Assembly: GCA_030603215.1 (NCBI GenBank)
Contig: JAUVYF010000002.1
Location: 1 to 50,139 of the forward strand
Origin: Candidatus Bipolaricaulota bacterium
GTDB taxonomy: Bacteria; Bipolaricaulota; Bipolaricaulia; UBA7950; UBA9294
Length of the DNA stretch: 50,139 bases
Reading direction: 5' to 3'
Shown: positions 34,442 to 44,533 of the stretch, in pieces
Position numbering within the stretch: the stretch's first letter is position 1
Layout: every line of letters starts with the position of its first letter
The notes under the pieces: model-generated
What the model saw: the letters and a program-made list of their open reading frames with translations, nothing else
Told to the model about the DNA's origin: nothing
The model's database searches: none
Translations under genes and position numbers: made by a program

Positions 34442-35080
34442 ATGATGCGATACTATGTAGAAAGTGATGGGAAAGTGTTTCTTACTAAGCGAAATGGAGT
34501 TCTTGATCTACCTCAAGAAGGGGAGATCCCGTTCAAAGTGGAACAGATAGCTTCACTTGCCACAAGTTCACCTGTTCTTTTCTGTGTACCCAAGCTAGAC
34601 AGACACCCCCACAAGTGGTTGGGTAAGGATGAAATCGCCCTGCATTCCAATGCTACCTCGTTGGTGCGCGAGGCAGTACATGCGGGGATGCCGCGAGTAG
34701 TGGTAGAAGGCATCAATAGCAGGGAAGGGAAGATACTGCTAGTGAGAGGTAGCAGGGGGTTCACTAAAGGGGTTTGGTCGCTTCCAGGTGGATTCCTTCG
34801 GTTTGGAGAGACGCCAGAACAGGGCCTTGTCCGCGAATTCGGAGAAGAGCTCGGAGTAGTAGCACAAATCGAACAGCTCTTTTGCGTAAGGGCCAAGCTA
34901 GGGGTCAAGAGCCGGCTCCACTGGATCATGGTCTTCTATCGAATCTCTATCTCCGGGAAACTAAGTCCTGATCCAGATGAGATTGCTGAAGCACGGTATT
35001 TCCCACTTGCAGGGGCTAAAGAACTCTTGTCTGATAAGTCGATGCTAGATGTAGTTGCGTCGCTATCGCATCTGGACTAA
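34442..35080 (+). CDS. NUDIX hydrolase with an about 90-aa N-terminal extension
   Basis: The Nudix box is GGFLRFGETPEQGLVREFGEELG. ATG at 34442 follows GGAGAGG. The track start at 34427 overlaps a TATAAT. Confidence 0.75.
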   Translation: MMRYYVESDGKVFLTKRNGVLDLPQEGEIPFKVEQIASLATSSPVLFCVPKLDRHPHKWLGKDEIALHSNATSLVREAVHAGMPRVVVEGINSREGKILLVRGSRGFTKGVWSLPGGFLRFGETPEQGLVREFGEELGVVAQIEQLFCVRAKLGVKSRLHWIMVFYRISISGKLSPDPDEIAEARYFPLAGAKELLSDKSMLDVVASLSHLD

Positions 35081-35260
35081 CGCAGTCCATCATGAGACGT
35101 TCGTTGCTATCTCAAGCGTGCAATCTGAGATAACTCTTACCAACAGTCTTACCAACGAGAACCCCGGGGCCCATGATAAAACCAAGAATGGGACTTGAAT
35201 GCTAGTTTTCTCTGCACGCCACCTAGTCAACCGGACAGGAAGGTCAAGTAGCGAAGAACA

Positions 35261-36370
35261 TTATAAGAAGTCCATACTCATGAGAAGTGTAATATCTGTA
35301 ATCCAGTCCGGGTCCTGCGCCAGTCCTACTTCTAATGTGATGCTCATACCCGGTACGGACGGTGTAATTATGAGATCCAGGGACAGGTCATGAGTAGTGA
35401 TGGGATCACCGCCTCTTACCTCTCTAGAGAGGGAATAGGAAGCAGATAGGGTAATCATGTCTGTGAAATCGTAGTCATATCCTAAGCCAAGTTTCAATTG
35501 GTAGGCATTCAGAATGTCGTAGGAACTAGAGGCGCTTCCTTGCACAAGAAGCTGTGACTTTGGAGTGGAAGCAAAAGCATAGTTGAACGCTACCGTTCCC
35601 AGGATATCGTTTGACACTAGGTAGGGGTCGATAATCTCGTAGCCTATCCCCAGCTTGATACTTCCTCCGCAATAACGTGTTCGGCGACCCTTCTCAATGA
35701 TTTTCGCCATCTCATAAAGATCAAATGGACCAAGACCACCTATTCTAATAAGCCTGGTTCCCTCTATGATTTCTTGTAATACATCTAGAAGATCAGCAAG
35801 GTCTTCATAAGTGTTGATGTTATCGATTTCGTAGGCGATGGATTGCAGATCGATCTCATGTAGAGAGCCAGAAATGCATTCTGCTTCTATCAAGTAAGCT
35901 TCGATCTGCATTGCCCTGACCATTGGAGTCACATCTGTGAATCGCCCGTAACCAATCCCAAGACTTACGAACAGTCCAATAGCCTTGTATTGGGGGTCGG
36001 AAGAGCTTTCAATTTCGGTACCGGCAAAGCCGAAATATGGTGCCTCAGGGGAGAAATAGTACTGTAGACTTCCGGCTGCCATGGCTGAAAAGGAGTAGAG
36101 ATCCAGCTCTGAGATCGTCATGCTGTTATTCAAAGACAGTTCATATCCAAAGTTTGGTGAGTTAAATAACCGGTTGTAGTCAAGCTTCAGTTGTCCGCGG
36201 TTGATATCTTGTTCAACCGAACCATCAAGGTAACGATACAAGAAGCTCATCCCAACATCGGATATTGTACTCTCAGGAGAGCGATAGTCACAAAGAGACA
36301 TACTCCAGGCAGAGCAACTGAACGTCACCACAATAAGAAAACAAATGAATCTGTCTATTCCCCTCTTCAT
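35261..36370 (-). CDS. Secreted beta-strand-rich protein of unknown function (possible beta-barrel with a helical insert)
   Basis: The signal peptide is MKRGIDRFICFLIVVTFSCSAWS. The N- and C-terminal thirds have alternating aromatic/small residues (LGIGYGRF, LGLGYDYDF). The central part is an acidic helical segment. The C-terminus is ...MSMDFL. Confidence 0.45.
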   Translation of the reverse strand: MKRGIDRFICFLIVVTFSCSAWSMSLCDYRSPESTISDVGMSFLYRYLDGSVEQDINRGQLKLDYNRLFNSPNFGYELSLNNSMTISELDLYSFSAMAAGSLQYYFSPEAPYFGFAGTEIESSSDPQYKAIGLFVSLGIGYGRFTDVTPMVRAMQIEAYLIEAECISGSLHEIDLQSIAYEIDNINTYEDLADLLDVLQEIIEGTRLIRIGGLGPFDLYEMAKIIEKGRRTRYCGGSIKLGIGYEIIDPYLVSNDILGTVAFNYAFASTPKSQLLVQGSASSSYDILNAYQLKLGLGYDYDFTDMITLSASYSLSREVRGGDPITTHDLSLDLIITPSVPGMSITLEVGLAQDPDWITDITLLMSMDFL

Positions 36371-36491
36371 GTACATCACCCAAATCACTCTAGAACAACA
36401 GTAGCAGCGATGACAATCCTACCCTTCTTTCCTGTGAGTGATGAATGTCTACTTGTTGTGACTTTCTCTTTATGCGGGTAGGATCTGTCAC

Positions 36492-37190
36492 ATGATCGGA
36501 ACCTGGATAAATGTGGGGACTATTCTTATTGGAAGTATTGTTGGCTTGTTTGCCAAGAAGAGAGTTTCTCCACAAATAACTCAGCTTGTTAGCATGGTGA
36601 TTGGACTTGTGACTTTGGTTCTGGGAGTACAGCTGGCGATCGAAACACACAACATTCTTATCCTTCTGCTCTCCCTTCTCCTTGGCGGAGCGATCGGGAC
36701 AAGAATTCGGATCGAACAGAGACTCATGCATTTGGGGGAAAGTCTGGCAAGTCGGTTCCCTCGCTGGGGCGACAGTGGAATTTCCCAGGGGTTGGTGAGT
36801 GCAAGCCTGCTGTTTTGTGTTGGACCGATGGCAATCCTAGGGGCATTGCGTGACAGCCTATATGGTGATTGGCATATCCTTGGCCTAAAGGCGGTAATGG
36901 ATGGGATCTCTTCGATGATACTTGCTTCTGGGCTTGGCCCAGGGGTGCTTTTCTCTAGCGTGATTGTCCTTGTCTATCAAGGCGGAATCAGCTTGATTGC
37001 CCGCGCCACAACTGGAGCTTCCATGAGCTTCTCGTTCTCTGAATCACTATTCCTGGCGGAGGTTAATGCAGCAGGAGGGGTAGTCCTTATCGCACTTTCG
37101 CTCAAGCTACTCGATCTGCGTGATGTCAAGGCGGGAAATCTACTTCCCGCTTTGGCGATAGCTCCATTACTTGTGTTCTTCTTTCGTTAG
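36492..37190 (+). CDS. DUF554-family membrane protein (YqgA/YdfK-like)
   Basis: The N-terminus MIGTWINVGTILIGSIVGLFAKKRV is typical of the family. The 232-aa protein is multi-span. Confidence 0.6.
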   Translation: MIGTWINVGTILIGSIVGLFAKKRVSPQITQLVSMVIGLVTLVLGVQLAIETHNILILLLSLLLGGAIGTRIRIEQRLMHLGESLASRFPRWGDSGISQGLVSASLLFCVGPMAILGALRDSLYGDWHILGLKAVMDGISSMILASGLGPGVLFSSVIVLVYQGGISLIARATTGASMSFSFSESLFLAEVNAAGGVVLIALSLKLLDLRDVKAGNLLPALAIAPLLVFFFR

Positions 37191-37207
37191 GTGAAGGGCT
37201 AACTGAT

Positions 37208-38437
37208 ATGCGATTGTGGAATCGCTTACCGACTCAACTTACTGCGCCTTTTGACCGCTACGATCGCCGCTTGTGGGTTCTGTTTGCTGCTCGTCTAATC
37301 GTATCCGCTGGCTTCGGTGTGGCAATGCCGTTTGTCAGTCTTTATCTTTACCGAGAGCTGGGGATATCAATGAAAGCTGTAGGGACGATTATGCTTGCAT
37401 CGGCGCTGGTTAGTTCAGCGGGAAGGATCGCCGGGGGAGAACTTGCGGATCGATTCGGTCGTAAGCGCCTCATTTCGTGCTCAATGGCGGTGCGCACAGG
37501 AGTTTTCCTTCTGATGGCGTATGCGATTTACGTCCGCGCATCTTATCTTGCCATTGCTCTCATTTTCCTGTTGATTCGCTTTGTTGGAGCGCTAGCTCAG
37601 CCTGGAATAAGCGCAATGGTTGCTGATATCGTTAGCCCCGAGCGGCGAGTGGAGGCGTTTGGAGTGCTGCGAATTGGCAGTAACGCTGGTTGGGCTATTG
37701 GCCCATCTATCGGAGGTTTCTTGATCACCATATCCTATTGGTCTCTTTTTCTGGTTACCGCCGCAGCAAGCTTCATCGGCCTAATAATCATTCTGTTATT
37801 TGCTACGGAGTCAATTCACACACGCGAGCAGGGGCGCTTTGCATTGAAGAGAATGCTCGATGTAGGACGCGACAGGACGTTTCTGGTTTTCTGTTCATTC
37901 AGCTTCATTCTTTTCTTGGTAATGGGACAGTTTGCAGGCACGCTATCAGTTTTCTCAACGGAGTTCATTGGGATAAGCGATGTGGAACTTGGTTTCCTGT
38001 ACACTCTAAACGGTGTTGTTGTTGTTTTGTTTCAGTGGCCAGCGGCATTGTTTGGTGGCTGGCTGGGAATGCGGCGTGCCCTTGTGCTAGGGGCTATTCT
38101 CTTTGCTGTTGGCTATTTCTCTGTGGGAATTGTTCCCTCATTTTCCTTTCTTCTTGGTTCGATGATTGTGATTTCATTAGGGGAAGTAGTCTTCTCTCCG
38201 ACCGCTACTACCGCTGTGGCAAACATAGCCCCCAAGCACAAGATGGGGCGCTATATGGGGTTTTTTGGAGTCGCAGAGGCATTTGGCTGGTCCGCTGGTC
38301 CATTCATTGGCGGTGTACTGATCGACGCCTATGGCAACACTGCCCCTCAACTTCTATGGGGAGTGGTCGCCGGAATTGCTGTTGTTGCTGCCATTGGATT
38401 CCAAGCAGTAGGCAGACACAACGAACCAGTTGTCTAG
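37208..38437 (+). CDS. MFS transporter
   Basis: 409 aa with about 12 hydrophobic spans. GELADRFGRKRL matches the MFS loop 2-3 motif. Confidence 0.75.
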   Translation: MRLWNRLPTQLTAPFDRYDRRLWVLFAARLIVSAGFGVAMPFVSLYLYRELGISMKAVGTIMLASALVSSAGRIAGGELADRFGRKRLISCSMAVRTGVFLLMAYAIYVRASYLAIALIFLLIRFVGALAQPGISAMVADIVSPERRVEAFGVLRIGSNAGWAIGPSIGGFLITISYWSLFLVTAAASFIGLIIILLFATESIHTREQGRFALKRMLDVGRDRTFLVFCSFSFILFLVMGQFAGTLSVFSTEFIGISDVELGFLYTLNGVVVVLFQWPAALFGGWLGMRRALVLGAILFAVGYFSVGIVPSFSFLLGSMIVISLGEVVFSPTATTAVANIAPKHKMGRYMGFFGVAEAFGWSAGPFIGGVLIDAYGNTAPQLLWGVVAGIAVVAAIGFQAVGRHNEPVV

Positions 38438-39747
38438 CCTACCAGCTTCTCGAAAGCTTCGGCAAGGATGTCCATTCCCTCATCGATCTGCTCATCGGTG
38501 ATAACGAGTGATGTTAGAACGCGGATGACGTTTCCGTACAAGCCTGCTGTGGGAAAGATAGCCCCACTATATAGCGCCTCTTTGGTGATCTTTGCGGTTT
38601 CGTCAGGAGCAGGATCTTTAGTCTCCCGGTTCTTGACCAGCTCCATTGCCATCATTGCTCCCAGGCCGCGCACGTCTCCCACGATATCATACCGTTGTTT
38701 AAGCAGGTTGAATCTTTGTTTAATCCTTTCCCCAACATGAGTCGCTCGCTCGAGAAGATCAGTTTCATTGAATAATTTGATCACCTCGATTGCGGCACGA
38801 CAAGCAAGCGGGTTTCCAACATAGGTCCCACCAATTCCGCCCTCAACCGGTGAATCCATGATCTCTGCCTTTCCTACCACACCGGAAAGAGGTAGTCCCG
38901 ATCCAAGTGACTTGGCAACACAGACAAGGTCGGGAGACACATCGAAGTGTTCATAAGCGAAGAACTTCCCGGTGCGGCCGATGCCGGACTGTATTTCATC
39001 AAACGCAAGAACAAATCCATAACGATCAGCTAGTCTTCGCATCGCGGGCAGGAACCATTGAGGGGGGACAAGGAATCCTCCTTCGCCGATAATTGGCTCA
39101 ACAACCATTACAGCTACTTCTGAAGGATCGACCATGGCGAGGAGTGCCTGCTCAATATCCGTTTCCTCAATAGCAGAACGGTAGAGGTTAGGATAAGGGA
39201 GACGATAGACGTCGGAAGCGAAGGGGCCAAATCCATATTTGTACGGTTTGGCCTTATGTGTCATTGTCATTGTCAACAATGTCCTTCCGTGAAAGGCATT
39301 CTCAAACACGAGGATCGCCTTTCGCTTTGTATAGGTACGAGCGAGCTTCACAGCATTTTCTACAGCTTCTGCCCCGCTGTTGAAAAAAGCAGCTTTCTTC
39401 GCCCAACTTCCAGGAACGCGCTCACACAGCAGTTGTGACAGTTCGATCATTGGCTGGTAAGGCACAGCAGTGAAATCCGTGTGCAAGTACTGATCGATTT
39501 GATCCTTGAGTGCGGCCACGACTCGGGTGTTGCATTGCCCAACATTAAGGCAGCCCCAACCGCCGGAAAAATCAAGGAATGTATTCCCATCAAGGTCTTC
39601 AACTATGGCGCCTCTGCTCTTCTTGACAATAAATGGCGCGTAGCTGGTGAGAGGAGAGGCTACATAGCGTTCCTTGGCAGAGAATACTGCGGCTGATTTT
39701 GGCCCGGGAAGTTCGGTTTGAATACGAGAGAAGCGACGGCTAATCAT
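38434..39747 (-). CDS. Class-III aminotransferase (4-aminobutyrate/omega-amino-acid aminotransferase-like)
   Basis: ATG at 39747 follows GGGAGGA. Motifs are FFNSGAEAVENAVKLAR, FDEIQSGIGRTG and VCVAKSLG (PLP Lys). The stop overlaps the MFS stop by 4 nt. Confidence 0.75.
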   Translation of the reverse strand: MISRRFSRIQTELPGPKSAAVFSAKERYVASPLTSYAPFIVKKSRGAIVEDLDGNTFLDFSGGWGCLNVGQCNTRVVAALKDQIDQYLHTDFTAVPYQPMIELSQLLCERVPGSWAKKAAFFNSGAEAVENAVKLARTYTKRKAILVFENAFHGRTLLTMTMTHKAKPYKYGFGPFASDVYRLPYPNLYRSAIEETDIEQALLAMVDPSEVAVMVVEPIIGEGGFLVPPQWFLPAMRRLADRYGFVLAFDEIQSGIGRTGKFFAYEHFDVSPDLVCVAKSLGSGLPLSGVVGKAEIMDSPVEGGIGGTYVGNPLACRAAIEVIKLFNETDLLERATHVGERIKQRFNLLKQRYDIVGDVRGLGAMMAMELVKNRETKDPAPDETAKITKEALYSGAIFPTAGLYGNVIRVLTSLVITDEQIDEGMDILAEAFEKLVG

Positions 39748-39822
39748 TATTCCTCCCTTTGTAGTGACAAATACTGCGCAGATGCTACCAAAGCAACAGG
39801 CAGCCTTCAACTGACTAACGGC

Positions 39823-40671
39823 TTAGGCAATGCTGAGAATCCGACCTGGTGGAACGAGGATTACCCTAAATTCTAGTTCAGAGTAACGTCCACTTGCTTC
39901 TGCGATCTCTTTTACTTTTTCCTTGTATCGACTGGATATATGAAAACAAATTAGCTCCTTCTTTACACATGCTGCTCCCGCTGTAGCGATAGCCTCAGCC
40001 AGCGTAGCGTGTTTGTACGCTTTCCGATCCTGTTCATCAAGGAAGGTGGTATCGTGGCAAAGGACCTCAGTATTCTGTATGTAAGCAGGTTTTATCGCAA
40101 CTGAGTCCCCGCCGTAGGAAAACAGACGTTGATGGTAAGTTTCTGTAATTCCTTGTTTGCCTTCTTTTTGCACCAGATTAACAATTTCCTTTTGTGAGAG
40201 ACCGACAAGATTCCGCTTCAAGCGATGACGGATCTCTACAATGTTGTAACCAAGAGAGACCTCGTTATGCACATGTACTGTGGGAAAAGTCTCGACATAC
40301 CGCGGCAGCTGTCCTGAAAGAAGTTCCACCGTATCCCCCACGGTAAGCGGAACCCACTCCAGGATGTAGTTTAGGTGCCGATTGGTTCGCGCCAGGAAGG
40401 CGATCATCTCGGAGATGAGAGAGTTCCCTTTTGGGTAGTAAATTGTAAGTTTCTTTTCCTTGTCTCCCATTGCATTATTGCGTATGTTGACAAGGGAAAG
40501 TAGCCCAGCGGTATGGTCGACATGCCCGTGGGACAGAAAGATCCGTTTGATGGCAAATGTCTTGTTGCCTAGTATGGAGCTTGCTCCCTCGCCCGCGTCA
40601 AACAAAATGCGATCAGCGCTGTAGTAAAGCCAAGTTGAGTAAAGAGCCTTCGAATATGTTAGAATTCTCAT
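39823..40671 (-). CDS. rnz: Ribonuclease Z-like MBL-fold hydrolase
   Basis: HGHVDHTAGL is the HxHxDH motif. The C-terminal block VLCHDTTFLDEQDRKAYKHATLAEAIATAGAACVKKELICFHISSRY parallels the RNase Z block HEATF...H.T..EA...A....L.L.H.S.RY. The start is either 40671 or 40710. Confidence 0.6.
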   Translation of the reverse strand: MRILTYSKALYSTWLYYSADRILFDAGEGASSILGNKTFAIKRIFLSHGHVDHTAGLLSLVNIRNNAMGDKEKKLTIYYPKGNSLISEMIAFLARTNRHLNYILEWVPLTVGDTVELLSGQLPRYVETFPTVHVHNEVSLGYNIVEIRHRLKRNLVGLSQKEIVNLVQKEGKQGITETYHQRLFSYGGDSVAIKPAYIQNTEVLCHDTTFLDEQDRKAYKHATLAEAIATAGAACVKKELICFHISSRYKEKVKEIAEASGRYSELEFRVILVPPGRILSIA

Positions 40672-40762
40672 TGTCGCAATGATTATAGCTTTCTTATTGG
40701 TGCAGTTCACGTTGCCAGCCGGGTTTTCTTTTCATAGAATTATGGTCATGGAGGCAGGATAG

Positions 40763-42022
40763 ATGCTTGATATTCATAGGCTGCGTGAAGATCCGGTGGG
40801 GATTGAACAGCGGCTCAAGACAAGGGATTCATCAATTGAGCTCGAAGGAATTCTCACGCTCGACCAACAACGCCTTTCTCTGATTCACAGCGTTGAACAG
40901 CTAAAAGCAGAGAGAAACCGCGGGGCTCAGGAGGTAGGCCGCTGCAGGAAAGCAGGGGAGGATGCCTCTGAATTGATCGCTTCGCTCTCCGAGGTATCCA
41001 ATAGAATAGCAGAAATTGATTCTGAGCTAAGAAAGATCTTATCTAATATCGATCACTTTATGTCGTTGCTTCCAAACGTGCCACATCCTACAGTGCCAAT
41101 AGGGGTTAAGGGAAACAAGGTTACTTTACGTAGTTTTGGGAAACAGTCACAATTTGATTTCAAGGTCAAGGATCACCTTGCAATTGGTGAGGAGAAGGAG
41201 ATCCTTGATTTTCGCCGCGCGGCGATGATTGCCGGTACACGATTTCCCATGTACACCGGTCTAGGGGCGCGCCTAGAGATGGCTCTTGTCCAGTTCATGT
41301 TCGCCCATCACGCAGAGAATGGATACACGCCAGTTATTCCACCGTTCCTCGCAAATTCAGAGAGCTTGTATGTTTCTTCGCAGCTTCCGAAATTTGCTGA
41401 TGACATCTATCATTGCGAGAAAGACAATCTTTACTTGAATCCAACCGCAGAAAGCCTGCTCGCAAACCTGCATCGGGGGGAAATCTTTGATCAAGACGAG
41501 CTGCCAAAAAAATACGTTGCTTATACCACGTGTTTCCGTCGTGAAGCTGGGACTTACGGGGAAGATGAGCGAGGCCTCATACGGATACATCAGTTTAATA
41601 AGATAGAGATGTTCAAATTTGCTACGCCTGAGCAATCCTACGCCGAGCTTGATCAATTGGTAGTTGACGCCGAAGAAATACTGCGGAAACTTGGAATTCA
41701 CTACCGTGTTGCGCTCCTTGCCACTCAGGATTTGGCGCAACAATCGAGTAAGACAATCGACATAGAAATCTATCTGCCAGCCCAGGAGCGTTACTATGAA
41801 GTTTCTTCGTGCAGCAATTGTGAGGACTTTCAGGCTCGTCGCGGGAATACACGTTACCGCCCAGGTGTAGGGAAGAAGCCACGGTACGTACACACGTTGA
41901 ACGGATCTGGTGTTGCTACACCCCGATTGATGGCGGCAATACTTGAAAACAACCAAATGCCCGATGGCAGGATACATATTCCAGAGGTATTGCAGGAAAT
42001 GGTAGGAGAGGAAGTTATATGA
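40763..42022 (+). CDS. serS: Seryl-tRNA synthetase
   Basis: The N-terminal coiled-coil arm starts MLDIHRLREDP. Class-II motifs include FRREAG and GSGVATPRLMAAILEN. Confidence 0.9.
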   Translation: MLDIHRLREDPVGIEQRLKTRDSSIELEGILTLDQQRLSLIHSVEQLKAERNRGAQEVGRCRKAGEDASELIASLSEVSNRIAEIDSELRKILSNIDHFMSLLPNVPHPTVPIGVKGNKVTLRSFGKQSQFDFKVKDHLAIGEEKEILDFRRAAMIAGTRFPMYTGLGARLEMALVQFMFAHHAENGYTPVIPPFLANSESLYVSSQLPKFADDIYHCEKDNLYLNPTAESLLANLHRGEIFDQDELPKKYVAYTTCFRREAGTYGEDERGLIRIHQFNKIEMFKFATPEQSYAELDQLVVDAEEILRKLGIHYRVALLATQDLAQQSSKTIDIEIYLPAQERYYEVSSCSNCEDFQARRGNTRYRPGVGKKPRYVHTLNGSGVATPRLMAAILENNQMPDGRIHIPEVLQEMVGEEVI

Positions 42023-42771
42023 GTGAAGCGATGGTTGAGGTACGCAATCTCGTGAAGCTTTTCAAGACACGAAAGGGCGAACTACGAGCTGTTGATGACC
42101 TGTCATTTACTTGCTACGGTGGTGAGATTTTCGGTCTGCTTGGGCCAAATGGCGCTGGGAAGACGACTACTTTGCGAATGCTTGCCACTATTCTTACTCC
42201 AAGTTCAGGGAGTGTGATGGTCGCTGGATTCGATACGAAAGCTTTACCGGATAGGGTGCGAGAGCGAATTGGGTTTCTTGCCACCGAGACAGGACTATAT
42301 GATCGCTTCACGGCTCAGGAGACTTTGCGCTTCTTCGGGCGTATCAATCGATTGACAGAGGCTGAAATCGAAGAGCGTATCGAGAGAATACTTAACATGT
42401 TAGGGCTAACAGCTCTTGCTGGTCGACGTGTGGGAACCTTCTCAAACGGTGAGAAGCAGAAGTTATCGCTTGCTCGCAGCATTATTCACAATCCTCCAGT
42501 ACTTATCTTTGACGAGCCAACATTTGGCCTGGATGTAATGGCTGCACGAGCAGTAATTGAGGCAATTCAACTCTTTCGAGAACAAGGGCACACGATCATT
42601 CTTTCCACTCACATCATGCAAGTGGCAGAGAAGCTGTGTAACCGAATTGGTATACTCTATCATGGTCGGCTGCACGCTCTAGGAACACTTGGTGCGCTGC
42701 GAAGTCGCTTCGGTAAGGAGGATTTGGAGGATATCTTCTTCGCCGCGGTGGGAGGAGAAGCGACCTGTTGA
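42019..42771 (+). CDS. ABC transporter ATP-binding protein (ABC-2/NatA-like)
   Basis: Walker A is GPNGAGKTT, the signature is FSNGEKQKLSLAR, and Walker B is VLIFDEPTFGLD. The ATG overlaps the serS stop (ATGA). Confidence 0.85.
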   Translation: MSEAMVEVRNLVKLFKTRKGELRAVDDLSFTCYGGEIFGLLGPNGAGKTTTLRMLATILTPSSGSVMVAGFDTKALPDRVRERIGFLATETGLYDRFTAQETLRFFGRINRLTEAEIEERIERILNMLGLTALAGRRVGTFSNGEKQKLSLARSIIHNPPVLIFDEPTFGLDVMAARAVIEAIQLFREQGHTIILSTHIMQVAEKLCNRIGILYHGRLHALGTLGALRSRFGKEDLEDIFFAAVGGEATC

Positions 42772-42840
42772 TCTTTTTGTTCTTTGTTGTGGGCGATATC
42801 GCTTCGGAGAAAGAAGTTGTGGGAGGTGACTGAGCAACGT

Positions 42841-44034
42841 ATGTGGAGTAATGTTCGCCTTCTCTTTGCTAAGGAGTTAATCGGAGCCCTTCGTGATCGT
42901 CGGACGATGATCCTCACTATCTTTTTTCCCCTCTTTTTCTACCCGTTGATCTTGGCAGTAATTGGACATTTCACCACAGTGGAACAAACAAGAGTTGAGG
43001 AGATGATTCCAAGGATAATTGTCGTTGACCACGCGCAGGATGTGGGATTTCTTTCCTATCTCCAGCTGAACGCAACCCTCACTTCACTGTTTTACGATAA
43101 CACAGAAGCGGGGCTCGCCGACGTCAAGTTGGGAGTTGCCGAAGCGATGATGCTGCTAGAGAAGGAAACTGGTAAGCCGGAAAGTAGTCTGGATGTTACG
43201 CTCTACTACGACCAAACTACCCAGGTGGGAACAGTGGCGAGCGCTAGAGTAAGTGCGTTTCTTGAGGACTACCTAAGAGAGGTCATACGCGGCAAGCTTG
43301 ATGCCCTGGGTGTTGATTATGATGAACTATCTCCTCCGCTAACTGTACGTGTGGAAGATATTGCCACAAGTGAGTCCATCGGAAAAATGATAATAAGCCG
43401 CCTCCTGCCTTATTTCATGGTTTTAGCCATTTTAACAGGCGCCATGGGGCTTGGAGCGGAAATCACTGCTGGAGAAAAGGAGCGTGGGACAATCGCTACT
43501 CTTCTTGTTAGCCAGCTCTCACGTACTGAGATTGTTCTTGGCAAGTTCCTTACTGTTCTTACGGTTTCGCTTGTCTCGTCGCTACTGTCGGCAGTTGGTC
43601 TTCTTATTGGAATACGCTTTTTCGGTGGAGGACTTGCACCAACCGGAGCAACCGCGACCTTTTCCCTGGGGGCAGGCGCTTTTGGCTGGATGATCGTCGT
43701 GCTTGTGCCGCTTGCCGTCATCCTTGCCGCGTTGGTTGTGATTGTAGGTAGTTTTGCCCGCAGTCAGAAAGAGGCAAGCACTTATCTAATGCCGATTTAC
43801 ATGATCATTGTGCTTGTAGGGCTGGTATCAATGACAGGAGGAGTATCTTTTCTTGGCGCCCGCTTTCTTATTCCAGTTGCAAATACGCTCTACGCCCTGC
43901 AAGAGATTATCGTTGGAACACTAGAGATTCGTCATCTGGTCTATACTTTCGCCGCAAATGCGTTTTGCGGAGCGGTACTCATTGCTGCTTCAATCAGGTT
44001 GTTCAAGCGTGAAGCAGTTCTCTTCCGTAGCTAG
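42841..44034 (+). CDS. ABC-2 family permease (NatB-like)
   Basis: ATG at 42841 gives MWSNVRLLFAKELIGALRDRRT. It has TM1, a large extracytoplasmic loop and a C-terminal cluster of about 5 spans. Confidence 0.6.
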   Translation: MWSNVRLLFAKELIGALRDRRTMILTIFFPLFFYPLILAVIGHFTTVEQTRVEEMIPRIIVVDHAQDVGFLSYLQLNATLTSLFYDNTEAGLADVKLGVAEAMMLLEKETGKPESSLDVTLYYDQTTQVGTVASARVSAFLEDYLREVIRGKLDALGVDYDELSPPLTVRVEDIATSESIGKMIISRLLPYFMVLAILTGAMGLGAEITAGEKERGTIATLLVSQLSRTEIVLGKFLTVLTVSLVSSLLSAVGLLIGIRFFGGGLAPTGATATFSLGAGAFGWMIVVLVPLAVILAALVVIVGSFARSQKEASTYLMPIYMIIVLVGLVSMTGGVSFLGARFLIPVANTLYALQEIIVGTLEIRHLVYTFAANAFCGAVLIAASIRLFKREAVLFRS

Positions 44035-44065
44035 TCTTGTTCCAGGATTCTTCCACCGTGTATAT

Positions 44066-44533
44066 CTACACTCGTTGCCCTCGACTGTACCGCTTCAGCG
44101 CTTCCTGTGTACGGCGATCTTCATCCTCCTCTTTCAGTTTGCGGCGTTTGTCATAGTTTTTGCGTCCCTTGGCCAAACCGAGCTCTACTTTGGCGTAGCC
44201 GTGTCGAAAGTAGATACGCAAGGCAATCAAGGTGTATCCGCGTTCCTGTACCTTGGTCGCTAGACGCACGATTTCGCGATGATGCAATAACAGGCGTCGT
44301 TCACGGTTAGGTTCGACATTGTGGATTGTCCCTTCTTCATAAGACGAAATGTATACATTGCGCAACACGGCCTCTCCATCCTTGATCAACGCATACCCGT
44401 CCTTAAGCGAACACCCACCAGCCCGCAGACTCTTGACTTCTGTTCCGGTAAGAACTATCCCTGCTTCGTAGGTCTCTTCAATGTCGTAATCGTGGCGCGC
44501 TTTACGATTAGTCGCTACAACCTTCTTAGCCAT
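44066..44533 (-). CDS. smpB: SsrA-binding protein SmpB
   Basis: ATG at 44533 gives MAKKVVATNRKARHDYDIEETYEAGIVLTGTEVKSLR, the canonical SmpB N-terminus. The track start at 44608 is an extension. Confidence 0.9.
   Translation of the reverse strand: MAKKVVATNRKARHDYDIEETYEAGIVLTGTEVKSLRAGGCSLKDGYALIKDGEAVLRNVYISSYEEGTIHNVEPNRERRLLLHHREIVRLATKVQERGYTLIALRIYFRHGYAKVELGLAKGRKNYDKRRKLKEEDEDRRTQEALKRYSRGQRV

Noticed and set aside
40672-40762. T-box leader upstream of serS
   Set aside because: The intergenic space is only about 50-90 nt, far too short for a T-box riboswitch. No specifier or T-box sequence was seen.
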